Counted from the first letter of the stretch, positions 24,729-38,407 are shown. The stretch: DNA of 64,000 bases from Octopus sinensis (GCF_006345805.1 NC_042999.1:26970001-27034000), one strand, 5' to 3'. A program made the numbers and translations. The notes: generated from the letters alone by a model not told the origin.

Positions 24729-26022
24729 CGAGGGGCGTTCAATAAGTAATGCCCCTGGCCCACTTCCCATAGCAGTAGACCGACGAAACTTGGCAAAGTT
24801 ATTATTCTTTTTCTACATAGGAACTACCCAGAGTTGCGCATTTCTCCCATCGTTTGATGAAGCCCTGGAGACCGTTTTTGTAGAAGACCCCAGTTTGGTC
24901 CTCCAACCACGACGTGACTTCAGAAATAAAGGCTGCATCATCTGGGAAACGCTTTCCTTTCAAAAACAACTTCATGGCTGGGAATAGGTGAAAATCAGAG
25001 GGTGCAAGGTCAGGAGAGTAGGGGGGATGGGGGAGGAGTTCATAGCCGCACGCCTGTGCTTCTGATCTGGCGACACGCGAGTTATGGACCGGAGCGTTGT
25101 CCTGCAGGAGGAGGATGCCTTTGCTGATCTTGCCCCGCCTCTTGATTTTGATAGTTTCTCTTAATTTCCTCAAAAGTGAAGCATAATAGGCTCCTGTAAT
25201 TGTGGTACCCTTTGCCAGGAAATCTGTCATCAATACTCCGTCCTGGTGCCACAAGACTGTGAGCATGACCTTGCCAGCGGAGGGCAGCACCCTTGCCTTC
25301 TTTGGAGGAGGTGAGTCACGGTGATTCCACTGCATTGACTGGGCTTTGGTCTCTGGATCATAGTGATGGACCCAGGTTTCATCCTGTGTAATCAGTCTTT
25401 TGAAAAACTTTGACTCATCTTCTTGGCACATCTCCAAATTAATCCTCAAGCACTCGACGCGTTCTTGCTTCTGGAAAGGTGTGAGCAGCCTGGAAATCCA
25501 TCTGGCAGACACCTTTTGCATATGCAAATGGTCATGAATGATAGTTTCCACAGACACGGTACTAATCTTGACCTCATGGGCTAGTTGGCGAATAGTTATG
25601 CGTCGATCTTCCAAAATGGCAGCCTCAACTTGATGGACAGATGCCTCATCAATGGCAGAAGGGGGAGCGACCAGATCTGGGAGCTGTTTCCACAGAGTTC
25701 CGACTATGTTTGAATTCACAATGCCAGCGTTTTACAAGGTCATATGATGGGGCATCATCACCATAAGTTACTTTCATTTCATCAAAAGTCTCCCGTGGTG
25801 TGCGTCCTTTCAAATACAAAAACCGTATCACTGCTCGACACTCAACAGGCTCCATTTCACACTTGACTCAGTTCAAACACCTGTAAATCAGAAACCACAA
25901 TTACTTCAGAGCTGTAATTTTCCACTTAATCTATAAAGATATGAATAATTGCACATGCAAAATTTCAGCTAGATCAAACAACTGCAAGTGGGTCAGGGGC
26001 ATTACTTATTGAACGCCCCTCG
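24729..26022 (-). mobile_element. Full-length mariner (DD34D) transposon
   Basis: 37-bp TIRs cgaggggcgttcaataagtaatgcccctg(g/a)cccactt with one mismatch; TA on the left, TG on the right, inside a (TA)n tract; 1294 bp. Confidence 0.97.
24802..25855 (-). pseudogene. Mariner transposase with a single +1 frameshift (~25666)
   Basis: MEPVECRAVIRFL HTH region, then GR[t]PPSA; WISRLL, TQDETW, QDNAP-(34 aa)-D in YSPDLAPSD, and W.KC..LG.SYVEK C-terminus. Confidence 0.93.
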
Positions 26023-26150
26023 TGTATATATATATATATATACATATATACATAAAATAATAAATAACAATAGGGTAATAAGGAATTATTATTACCCGTG
26101 GCTTAGCACAAAAACGAATTAGTCATTAGACTATATATTATTCACATATA

Positions 26151-26371
26151 AATACAATAAGATGCTTCCAAATAGGAAAGCCTTGTGCTAGAAAGAGCAG
26201 TAGAAAATTCAGACCACCAAATAAGGATAAATTCTCGAAAGGAATGAAAATTAAAAAATTAAAAAAAAAAAAAATTATTCCTTTCAAGAACTTATCCTCA
26301 TTTGGTCGTCTGAGATTTCTACTGCTCTTTCTAGCACAAGGCTTTCTTATTTCGAAGCCTCTTATTGTATT
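26151..26371. repeat. Long fold-back (95-bp arms, 31-nt A-rich loop)
   Basis: 26151-26245 is the reverse complement of 26277-26371 with roughly 9 mismatches. Confidence 0.9.
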
Positions 26372-27929
26372 TCTATACACACACACACACATATATATAT
26401 ATACACATATTTATATATACATATATATATATATACATATGTGTACATACATATGTGAGTCTGTACATGTATGTCACTCTGCATGTAATCAAATAACAGA
26501 ATTATGTATGTGTTAAACACTACACGATTATTAGCTATGATATTTATTGACCAGAAAGACCACACATTGCTTAAGAGCAGCTGCACTTGCACTTACAGAT
26601 GTGTAAATGATATCTTCTGCTGGACATTTGTGTCTAAGCTGATAGTATATGTAACGCGTTTAATGACATCTGCGGCATATTACATTGTATGTATCCTATC
26701 GACATGAGATGTCTGCCGTTCGCTTGAATTGACACCTTCTTTATTCTCGTTTTCACTGTACCTTATCTCTCTCCCTATTCCTTCCTCTCTTTCTTTTACT
26801 CCACTTCGCTGTCTCGCTTTCTCTGTCTCTCTGTCACACACACATACCCCCTCTCTCTCTCTCTCTCAACTTTTAGGCCGAAACCCACACTACGACAAGT
26901 ATGATGATAGTCGTGGCGTTGGTGATGATGAAGATAATGATGTCGTCGGGGAAGAATTAAAGCAGTAATGACATGGTTACATGTATGTTGGTAAGGACGC
27001 AGTGTCGGTAATGGTGATAATGGTGATGAAGATAATCTAGCTACATACAATATTAGATTTACAGAAGCTGTTGACCTTGACACGGAGCTAGATCTGTGGC
27101 AAAATCTAATTGGCCTGTGCTGGTTGAATACAGAATAAATTTTACGCTGAAGCCGGAGTGGAAGTCGATGTCAAAAACGGAACTGACGGTGGTGATTATC
27201 ATGAGAAGCGTATGATGACAGAGAGGTTGAAAAAGTGTCATATTTTCCAAGGAGGTAGTGAGTGTGTGCTGTGGCGATATATAATATTTGAATTAAACGC
27301 AGTATGACATGTAAGGAAGAAGTCTAATATTTCTGTTGTAACTGGTTTAAGTAAAATGATACACAGTCGCTTCTGTATGGACACTCATAAATCACCTTTA
27401 GCTTCAGATAAAGCAGCGTACGAGGACACATGATTGCTAACATGTATTATGATCGATATAATATCACACTGCATTTGTTAATCTTGGAAATGAATGAATA
27501 TGTTTCCCGGCGTGTCTCTAATTTCATTTTTTAAGTAAGGTAACTATGCTATATAACGCAACTCATGAATAATCTAAGCAAAAATAATTATGATATAAAT
27601 AATAATAATAATAATAACACTTATAATAATCATAGTAGTAATAGTTATAATAATAATGATAATAATAATGATAATAATAATAATAATAATAATAACAATA
27701 ATAATAATAATACTAATGATAATAATAATAGTAATACAACCTAAACAAAACAGCCCACAAATACAAGACTCACTCTCACCAGATAACCAAACCATTACAC
27801 ACTCAAAAAAACAATACAAACAGTCACTACAAAAAACAATACAAACAGCACCACTACAAAAAACAATACAAACAGCACCACAACAACAAAGCACTTCACT
27901 GCATTGTAAGACCTCCATAATAGCAATAA

Positions 27930-28915
27930 GCAAGTACTTATCTTTCACGAAAGATTGGATGCTGCGGCTTGTGTCCAAACACAAAAGCAGCAAACATCAC
28001 ATTCTTTTGTCAACGAAGCTTGCAAATTCTCAAGGGAATTCAGCATGAACCCTGAATTAGATGAATAACCTGAAACCACTGCGACCAAACTAGCAACAAG
28101 GATCAAAAACTGGGAAAAAAGAACAGGCAGAAACAAATTGAGGAGTCGTGGAACCAGAAAGCTCTGCATGGTCAGTATATACTTCGAACCCGAAATGCTG
28201 ATGTAGATCAGTGGCTGTGAAACTCAGGACTGCAAGCAGAGACTGAAGTTTTATATTGGTGGCGCATGATCAAAATTTGCTTCCCAGAACCTCCCAGGCT
28301 AACGTTGGTTAAAGCGGTCCTGACCCTAAAGGCAGATTCTGCGATAAATTTAATGAAACAATAGATCATCTCGTCTCGGGATGTCCTGTACTGGCAACAA
28401 ACGAATACAACATTCACCAGGATAGGGGAGGACAGTATTTACATTGGAAAATATGTAAACACTACAAAATATATAAGAATATATCTGTAAAGGAATTTGA
28501 AAAATTAAGCAATTATATGGACCCGGGAATTCAAATATCAAAGATGTGGAATCTTAAAGCGAGAAATGTCCCTCTTATTGTGGGTGCTCTACGTATATTA
28601 AGAAAGAGATGTCAGAAAGATCTACGTAAGATCCCAGGAGAACCATGTTTCAGAGAAATCCAAAACACTGTGCTGACAAGTGTTGCCCATATCCTTACAA
28701 ATTACATATCAATTTAAATGTATGTGTCGTATTGCATTAAGATATTTCGCATACTGCCCTTGCTATTTTTCCTCCTCAATTGATGTCTTTCAAAAGCAGC
28801 CTTATTGGGTACAGCGCATAAGATATTATTATCTGTTTGAGGTCCTAGTTGCGACTTGACAAATGACTAAAGATTCCAGTGCATTTTTACCTACACTGTG
28901 TTACAGAGGAATAAT
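27930..28915 (+). mobile_element. Dong/R4-type non-LTR 3' fragment (Zn knuckle and REL end, 3' UTR, (AAT)n tail)
   Basis: QKALHGQY, FCDKFNETIDHLVSGCPVLA, YLHWKICKHY, MWNLKARNVPLIVGAL...EIQNTVL; internally deleted. Confidence 0.82.
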
Positions 28916-28919
28916 GACG

Positions 28920-28989
<70 letters not shown>

Positions 28990-28999
28990 TAATAATAAT

Positions 29000-29462
29000 A
29001 ATGGTCTACACCAAATATTCTGCTTAATACCTCATATTTGCTTGTCACTTGTTTAACCTGAAGCAGTTTAACATGTTGCATAGTGGCTGACGACATGTGC
29101 ATTTCTGATCACGAACAGAAGTAGTAGGTGAGTATCATAGCTATGTGCTGACAGGAATTCTTTGGTTTTGGAATAATTCAACTCAAGAAACGTGTATGTT
29201 TCGTTCATCATCCATAAACAAATCTTTTTCAGGGACCTTTTTAGCCGGATGAGCTAATCTGTCTGAAGGAAATTCTAACTGTGCCCCCACCTGCAAGGCC
29301 ATGTGTTTGTTTATCTTGATATGAGATCACCATATCACGAACATACGGTTGTAATGCATGTGCCTGGTGTACACTTAACAGATGTGAAGTCATGATGGGT
29401 ATACTGGGCTTCATATATGTGTACCCCAGTCTCATTTTGATGCCATGCGATGCTCCCTCACT
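29000..29462 (+). mobile_element. 5'-truncated copy of the ~550-bp (AAT)n-associated repeat
   Basis: Homologous to ~4355-4815; flanked by (AAT)n on both sides. Confidence 0.8.
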
Positions 29463-29488
29463 CAATAATAATAATAATTATAATAATG

Positions 29489-29542
<54 letters not shown>

Positions 29543-29673
29543 TAATAATAATAATAATTATAAATATTATACACACGAAATGTCAAAATATCATTCACTT
29601 GATAACAATGGCAACTCTTTTTTGCTTCGAATAATAATAATAATAAAAATAATAATAACAACAACAACAACAA

Positions 29674-29705
<32 letters not shown>

Positions 29706-29744
29706 ACAACAACAGCAACAACAACAGCAACAACAACAGCAATA

Positions 29745-31630
29745 ATAATATATACCAGTTCATGGAAAATGAATCTTTCAATGCTCGTAAGAATTTTATG
29801 TGGAATTTTCCAGAGTGGCTCTCTATCACCACTCCTATTTTGTCTGGCCTTAATACCTCTCTCGAAATTCATCGATGATGTACAATATGGCCATAAAATG
29901 TTTGATAAAAATAAAAATCATATCTTTTACATGATTGATTTAAAGTTCTTTGCAAAAGAATGACCGACAACTACATGGCTTACTAGCAGTTGTTAAACAA
30001 CTCGGTAATGATATTAGGATACAATTTGGCCTCGATAAATGTGCAAAAGAGAAAATGACAGAAAAATTCAACGTTTACCTTGACCAGCAGAATGTCATAA
30101 AGCAGTGAGAAACAAGGAAGAATTATAAATATCTTGGGGTATTTGAAGGTGATGAAATCAAACATTCAATGATGAGGGGAAGGACTACAAAAGAATGTTA
30201 TCGGAGGGTAACGGAAATACCCAAGACAGAGCTGAATGCAAGAAACAGGATCGAAGTGATCAATATTTTAACCATACTGGTCGTGTCTTACTGCTTGAAT
30301 ATCATTAACTGGCCAGTTACTGAAATATGTAATCTTGACAGAAAAATACGAATATTGTTAACAATGAATGTAATGCACAACCATCAGGCAGATATAGAAC
30401 GACATTATCTACCAAGAAAAGAGGGTGGCGCGGACTTTTACAACTGGAATTAACAATGAAGATTTTATCAATTGTTCTAAACACCTACCTGAAAAACCTT
30501 GATGACTGGGTGTTATAACCTGTCTTAAAGCATGAAAACAAGCACCATATTCAGTTACAAAACATGCAAAGGAATATAAAAAATCCCATGAGACGTATGG
30601 GAAAAAAGCAGAGAAAAATATAAGCGTATGAAACCCGTGCTAAAACTGCTACCTTAGATATTCTTACTGATAAATGGCAAGAAAATCTCAATGACAAATA
30701 CCAAAAGAGAGCTAATGATGCCGATATTGACAAACCACTTAACCATTAATGCTTAATGTCTTCTGGCTTGAAATCTGAAACAGAATGGTTTATCATAGCA
30801 GCTCAAGATCAATGCCTACCTACAAGGAGCTACCAGGCCAAAATATTAAAGAACGGCAGCTGCTCAACATGTCGTGTATGTAAACAATAAAATGAAACTA
30901 TTAATCATGTTGTCTCCATGTGCAGCCACCTGGCGTCTACAGAGTCACTCAACAGGCATGATTGACCAGAACAGTATATTCACAGGGTTATTTGCAAAAA
31001 GCTGGATCTTCTCCATGATAAAAAGTATTGGGAACACAAAATACCTCTAGTGCTTGAAAATGATCACATCTCACTCCTCTGGAACTTCAGCGTTCAAACT
31101 AGAAGAATGATAGATGCGAATTGACCAGAGATTAAATTGAAATACTTCAGACAAAAACCATGGCTCTATATTGATATGAATGTCCCAATTGACATAAATG
31201 TTTCTGTCAAGACCTATCAAATACTGAGCAAGTATAAAGATCTTGAAATAGGAATTGGAAAATTATGGAACCTCAAGACTAAAGCAGTAACTGTTGTCAT
31301 AGGCGCCCTAGGAATGATAGCAAAAGGGGCTGATTCATACCTAGTTCAGATACCAGAAAACCGCAAAATGGCAGAAATTCAAAATATAGTGCTCATGGAT
31401 GCTGTCCATATCCTACGTAAAAATGCTGTCTATGTAATCTCAAATTCTGACACAAATATATGATTTTCCTGCATTTTGTTAATCATTCTGTAAAACAATA
31501 CTATGTGCGCAAAACCATATATATGTTACCCTAGGCATAAAACCAACTTGAACTTCTAACTTGTTGTCCCTTGAAGTCTTTGGGTGAGGTCTGGTGTCCA
31601 ATTTTTACGAATACAAAGCAAAAGTTAACA
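29745..31630 (+). mobile_element. Dong/R4-type non-LTR retrotransposon, 5'-truncated and degraded (RT, CCHC, REL endonuclease, 3' UTR)
   Basis: GIFQSGSLSPLLFCLAL, FYMIDLK, FGLDKCA, YKYLG, YLPRKEGG, CRVC...ETINHVVSMC, IDMNVP, KYKDLEI...VVIGALG; ends in an (AAT)n/(AGA)n tract. Confidence 0.88.
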
Positions 31631-31632
31631 GT

Positions 31633-31663
<31 letters not shown>

Positions 31664-31672
31664 TAATAATAA

Positions 31673-31703
<31 letters not shown>

Positions 31704-31716
31704 AATAACAACAACA

Positions 31717-31771
<55 letters not shown>

Positions 31772-31809
31772 TAATAATAACAACAACAACAGTAATAATA
31801 ATAATAATA

Positions 31810-31844
<35 letters not shown>

Positions 31845-32049
31845 TTAATAATAATAATACTCATATTGATAATAATAATAGTAAAAATTATAATTATAAT
31901 AATAAAAATAATAATATTAGGTCGTCAAGAAAGTTCTTGTGGTTTTTAAACTTTAAATTGAGATGCATATATCTCGGCTCAAATAAAACTTTATTAATCG
32001 AAATAAACACCCTGTATACTTTCAATGTTGATATCAGAATGGAGTTGTT

Positions 32050-32750
32050 GGTGTGTTAATCTTGAAGTGAGGCAAAATAAAATGTATTAATGGGCTGGCA
32101 ATAACGTCGGAGGAGGTTATGAAGCAGATCGGCGAGAAGGGCTATAAGTACTTAGGAATATTGGAAAGGGACACATTGACGGAGAAAGAAATCACAAAAT
32201 AAATTGAAGGTGGAGTACATGAGACTGATCCTTCAGTCGAAATTCAACGGAGGGAATTAGATTGAAACAATGAACTCCTGAGCGGTTTCACTCCTTAGAT
32301 ATGGAGCCGGGATAAGCGCATGGATATTAGACGGAAAGACATGGAAGTTGCTGACTACATATGGAATACTCCCCCCAAAATATGACACAAACAGACGGCT
32401 TGCACCAAGAGCAGAAGAAAGAAACATAGCGTGGTGTGCAAAAAATGCCACAGAACCGCTATTACCGGAAGTAAGAAGCTCAGTCTTGTGTAGGATGGAA
32501 AGATAAAGATAAAGATTGCAAAGATAAAACACTGTAGAAACACTTGAGAATGAATGAAACTGAAAATAACTGGATAAAGAAAAGAATGCATGGACAATTT
32601 CATACGAATGTTGAGGACAAAACAAATAGAGAATTTCTTCTCTATCTGTCTTGTCCACAACATAGCTATGGATGACTAATTTGTATCCAATCTCACCCAG
32701 AAATCGGCTGAGAGAAAAGTATCCCTGAAAAGACGGGAGGGGTTGGCCAA
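32050..32750 (+). mobile_element. Highly degraded Dong/R4-type RT fragment (different family)
   Basis: YKYLGILERD...KFNGGN...AVSLLRYGAGI motif. Confidence 0.65.
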
Positions 32751-32799
32751 TGTGTATATCGTATCCGTCATGATATACCACCTAACCTTCGTGACTTGT

Positions 32800-33550
32800 C
32801 CGGGTTAGTGTCTGGTCAAGTTGGAATGCTTGCTCTTCCGCTTTTTGTGGAAGGGCCAGGTCCCATTAGTCCGACGTTCTACTTGCAGTCAACTACCGTT
32901 AAATAGGGTACTGGGCATGCCTTGACTAAAAATGTACAGACATGCGCTAATGCTGAGACAACTTTGGCTCTACCTAGACGGTGAAGAGGTGTGGTCACCG
33001 TTCATCAAACTGGTTCACATCTTTTAGCGAACTAAATTCGTCGATCAAGTGCGGACCAAGGTTAGCTGCTTGCCAAGCGGAGTACCATCATACTTTCACG
33101 CTTCTTTGCTAAACGGGCAACGCGTGCGTCGGCGTTTCCACCTCGCCTTCATATAAATTGCTAGTAGCCGGCAAGTGTGATGATGTTATGTGAGAGACCC
33201 TAACATCGATGACGGTCAACTTACCAGTCCGTTCCGGAGAACTTTTAGATCGGTTTACAACTACCAGAAATCTCTGATCTGGCAGTGTAACCGCGGAGCA
33301 TAGCCTGTCCAAAATAAACTCAATAGGTACAAAATTGCAGCCACACGGATATTGGTACCGTCTCTTTGTAGTTGGCATTTGTATTTCTTCAATTCTTCCA
33401 TGCTAAGGTTTAAGTTCTTTTGATTAACCTTTGCCGCCGACGTCACGCTGCGTCGGTCGCTATTTATAGATTTTGGGTATTTATGATTAGAGTGACTGGT
33501 ATTGGTGGTGTTAGTACTTGAGATAATTGATGATTGAGACACTTGTATAA
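32800..33550 (-). mobile_element. Possible LTR-retrotransposon gag/protease remnant
   Basis: PIEFILDRLCSAVTLP resembles a decayed retropepsin F.LDTG.S motif; no LTRs or RT found. Confidence 0.3.
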
Positions 33551-34579
33551 AAATTAACTAAGGACACCCCACAAAACACTTTGGGAAGTTGGGATATACC
33601 TACACCCCACAAAAGACTCTAATGTGAGTAACTTTTCTATCTGTACTTGCTCAAGCTAGGCAGTATGAATGTACGTGGCCGGGGGTCGAATTGGGAGCAA
33701 GGACGCCTGCTCAACGATCTCCGGTGGATATTATAGTCACCAGCGGCTTGGTGGCGATGATGAAAGAGGTTGTGTGATTGACGCGAGGGAAAGGTTATAC
33801 ATGTATATCGCAAGCACGAGAGCAATGTTTTCTTTTTTATGTACATACAATTGGGAAAATAAACTAATGCAAAGTAAGACCGGTAGGATTAAGATAGTTG
33901 GTAATAAAGGGGGAATTATCAGTGTTAAAACGAAGAAAGGTTAAACAAAATTTTTTTCTATTCTTAGAAAAATACATAAAAATACACATTGAAAGCTACA
34001 GGAAAAAATCAACCGATACGCACAAAAGAACAGGAACAAACAATTAAAATGTAAAAATCAAGATGCAATTCTAAAACGTGCAAATACCAAATCGCCTGAT
34101 CAAAGTTAGAATATGCATACAGAGAAGAGCGATTAATCAGATGCGTGATGCTATGAGCATCACGCATTTAATTAACGACAATTTAATGCTTGAACCGTTT
34201 AAACATTGAATTGATGACAGTTCATAGCTTACCCTGGAAAGAGATTACGCAGTCATGTACCATACGACAACGGTTTACTCAAATTAAAATGAGGAGCACG
34301 AAATTGAATTTGAATACGACGGAAGGTGTTTGCAATCGTTATAGCTTAGAAAAAACACGAGAAACTACACGATCCAATGCTTATAAGATAACACGACGTG
34401 TAGTAATATCAGCAACTCTCCCACACATCAAATGAAAACAGATCACAGATAAACACTGCTATCAGTCACTAATAGAATGTAAATCATACAGTACATTGGC
34501 CATATATTCGCCCCACTTCTTGGTGGCTATGACGAAAGAGGTTGCGTGTTCGACGCGAGTGAAAGATTTGAGGACGAGC

Positions 34580-34627
<48 letters not shown>

Positions 34628-36869
34628 CTCTCTGGCAATGGTTTACCCAAATATTACATCTGTCACCTGAAAAGGAATCTAAGGCTGGCGAGAGTCACTC
34701 CTGCCGTTCATATTTGTGACCAGATGGATGCAAGTGGCACGCTTGTTATGCATGGATGTGTCTAATTTGAGCGCAAACCCCTAAGTCTCACTTGTGAGAG
34801 ACGTGTTGCTCGTGGCTTGTGGGGTCTCCACGTCCATCACTACATTTTATTTGCATTTTATTGTAATCTTTTTTAACAATTTTAACATGTATACACATTA
34901 CCTATGTTTACTACTTTAATACATTTGTCTTTGTTACGGTGCGTGCGTTCGACCTCATCTTGTCTGTCCTGTATTGTCCCACTATGTATAGCTTTTAATG
35001 GTCAATAAAGAACAAAATTTCTAGCTGAACAACCACACATGATTTATTTATAGTGATCAAATTTTTGTGAACACATAATTTCACTCCCTCTATCAAATCG
35101 ACATTATCTTTACATAATATGAAACAGAAACCCAGATTCAAAGAATGACCATTTTGCACACACTCTGAAACAGAGGTACACATGAAATTGCTGAAATCAT
35201 AAGAACTAGAATGGCGATGATAATTATAATAAAAACAATTTACCTTTATAAAAACAAACAATGTTTTCCAAAATTACTTATGAATATGTATTTCTCTTTT
35301 ATCATTTATTATTAATTTTTTTTTCTATAGCTTGGAAAGTAATTTCGCCATTAGGTTTTATAAATATGAAACTGAATATTTTGTGAAAAGCATTTTAAGT
35401 TTTTGTGTTTATGCTAAATATTTTCCTGCACAGCACGTTTTGGATAGCATGAGTTTTAGATATTTTACTAAAATATTTTGGATTTACGTCAGCTATTCTT
35501 TACTTCTGTTTTCTATTTCAACGCTATTGTCATAATAATTCTTTTTAAGAAATGCAAATTATCTCTCCTTATGTCCCGAATTTTACAGATAACGCTTTGT
35601 TCTGATATTTCGTTTAAATTATCTTTATGTAACACGTTTAATAAATGAAACCCTCTAAACTGTGGCGTGCGGAAAATACATATTTTAACGAAACAAATTT
35701 TTCTCGTTCATTGAAATTAAAAAATACCGCCCTCCCCCCGCTGCAAAAAAAAATGTAAATGAAAACTGCATTTTCAAAAGGAAGTTAACACATTACTGAA
35801 GACACAAAGGATAACGTATATTGAATATATACTTTTAGTATAAACAAATATAAATATCTTATTTTAATTTATTGAATCAGAATTTTGTTTCGATGTAATA
35901 TATTGTGTGCAAATGAGATGAATTGCACTCAATACATACTCTAGAATATATTTATTAATTTGAAATTTATTATTTAATTCGTTACTCGTTCAAACTTAAA
36001 ACTAGCAAATGAGTAAACAATCAGATATTAATTTTATATTAATGCTTATACGCATGTTCAGGAGCTTATTTATGGATAAGGTTATCTAAATATTTACGAT
36101 TCCAGGTATGTTTTTTGTGTTAATAACTGATACATGAGTGATGTGCCAAGCATAACACAGATGTATGTTACTTATTGCATAATGTGTTTTCGTGGACGGT
36201 TCATAAAAGCAGAAGAAAATTCAGGCTTAGAATTATCATAAACTAACGTGAAAAGAGAGTCGAAAATATATATGGGTTACATGATATAAATAAAGATATA
36301 TATACATATGTTTCTATATTTAAATGTTTGTATTTCTTATAGTTTTACAACTGAAGTATAACGTGTGGTATTGCCACACAGATAACAAAAGGAGAGATAC
36401 ACAAAAGTTATATTGCTTACACTAAAGCCAGCAATGCTGACAAAGGGAAACTTCATAAGTGAGAATGCAGATAAAACATCGACAATGCATTTAAGACCAT
36501 TTGCGCTTGCAATGCAATGGTGATATCTCTCAATTTGATTCCTTGTATTTTGTGCCTTTTAACTGAAAAGCACTACAAACAGAAAAAATTTATACATTTA
36601 ACACCTGATTTGCACCGCATTTCGTTAGTAATGTCCAACTTTTATTATTCAGCGGCTGCTCAAATCTGGAATATTACATTGAAAATATTTCGTTACATAT
36701 GCTTGGTCAATATCCTTCGAAGGACTTTTAAGAGCTAACTCTGGTATATGATATTTGGAAACTTGCATCCTGAAGTGAAACCAGATGTGAAATAAGGTGA
36801 TCCGATTTATTTTGAAATATTCAATTCCCACCATTTCAAGCACTAGTTTAAAACATCTTCATATTCAAT

Positions 36870-37085
36870 GCCACAACGTCATCTTCCTCCTCCTCTTTCT
36901 CGCCACTTCTACTTCCTCCGCTTTCTACTCCCTCCTCTTCTGGTTATTTCTTCTCATCCACTTCTTTACCTCCTCTTTCTCCCCCTCCTTTTACTCCTCC
37001 TCCCATCCTCCTTCTCTTCGACTCCCCCTCTTTATCCTCATTCCCCTTCTCCTCTTTCTCCTCAACCCTCCTCCTCTTCTTCTAC
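36870..37085. repeat. Polypyrimidine (CCT/CTT)-rich tract
   Basis: About 215 bp almost entirely C/T on the + strand. Confidence 0.85.
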
Positions 37086-37677
37086 TTCGACGGTTGTATC
37101 TCTGAAATGAACTGTCTTCATAGAGGCACAGTAGTTTCTTAGGTGTACAATAGCTATGGAGGCACGTCTGTAACACGAAGAATTAGGCTTCACATTAGGA
37201 AACTGCCTTCTACTATGAGAGTGAATTTGGATGGAAGGACTTGAGTCTGTCGTATATGTGTGTATGCCTTTCTATCTTTCCCTGTCCTAAATATTTGCGA
37301 GCGGGATTTTTTATATCCTCAGAGCGATCAATGGCAACAAACAAGAGAAAAAGTAGATTTAAAACAAGTACGTAAATGACTGAAATGAACGAAAGAATAT
37401 CACCCCATCCTAGATACTCTGGTGTTTCAAGGAGTTTAAAATTACTAACATCATATCAGTAGAAACTAAACATGTCTTAGATAATGTTGTTATTTCTACC
37501 TTGCTATAAATGTTGGTGATCTATCTATCAGTCTGCCTCTTTGTCTCTACTGACCTCTCTCTATATGTAAGTAGGAGATTTATTTGCATAATGAAAACAT
37601 TTCCCGTAAATAGATTTAAAAGATATATGTATGTATGTATATATATATAAATATATATATATACATTCAACAATATT

Positions 37678-38357
37678 AGATGAAAAGGATAAATGTTTTT
37701 ATTTCTCCTTTAGTTTCAGAATTACAACTATTTAGCGGTTTGAGTTCGGCTGCTCTTTCTAGTGAGTCGAATGGCCTATCAGGACCATTCCTTAATATTG
37801 TTGAATGTATATTATATAGTCTGTGACTATTTTTTCTTTCTCACTAGACCGCTGGTGGCGGAAAATTTTTCTTGAATTTTTTGCTACCCTTATATTGATT
37901 TTTTGGCTAATTTTGAAATTGTATCAGCAGTTTATATTTGCTGCTGAGAAGATGGCGCGGTGACGGTGGATTTTGAAAATTTAGAGTATATAGACTCGAG
38001 GCTTCGCTGCTGTCGCCTCGTGGATATATACTTTCCTTGGCTTCTTTGCTGATGAGGCAGGCCAGTTGTAAATAGATTTAATTTAATTGAATTGAATTGG
38101 TTTACTAAAGTGTGTCGAAACTATGCATAGTCCAAAGATGAAAAGGATAAATGTTTTTATTTCTCCTTTAGTTTCTCCTTTAGTTTCTATTTAGCGGTTT
38201 GAGTTTGGCTGCTCTTTCTAGTGAGTCGAATGGCATATCGGGGTCATTCCTTAATATTGTTGAATGTATATTATATAGATTGTGACAACTTTTTCTTTCT
38301 CACTAGACCGCTGGTGGCGGAAAATTTTTCTTGAATTTTTTGCTACCCTTATATTGA

Positions 38358-38359
<2 letters not shown>
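37678..38359 (+). mobile_element. Retrozyme-like element: ~458-nt monomer in ~1.5 tandem copies with a hammerhead at the junction, flanked by (TA)n
   Basis: 37678-37900 repeats at 38136-38359 (offset 458-459); the HHR spans the end of monomer 1 and the start of monomer 2. Confidence 0.75.
38043..38138 (+). ncRNA. Canonical type-I hammerhead ribozyme (GUC triplet)
   Basis: Stem I tctttg(38043-48)/caaaga(38133-38); CTGATGA(38049-55); stem II ggca/tgtc with long structured loop; GAAA(38117-20); stem III palindrome actatgcatagt; predicted cleavage after C38132. Confidence 0.85.

Positions 38360-38404
<45 letters not shown>

Positions 38405-38407
<3 letters not shown>

Noticed and set aside
27805-27884. 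27-bp minisatellite x3 encoding KTIQTAP-like repeats in a 130-aa ORF
   Set aside because: Simple A/C-rich tandem repeat next to (AAT)n; no evidence of coding.
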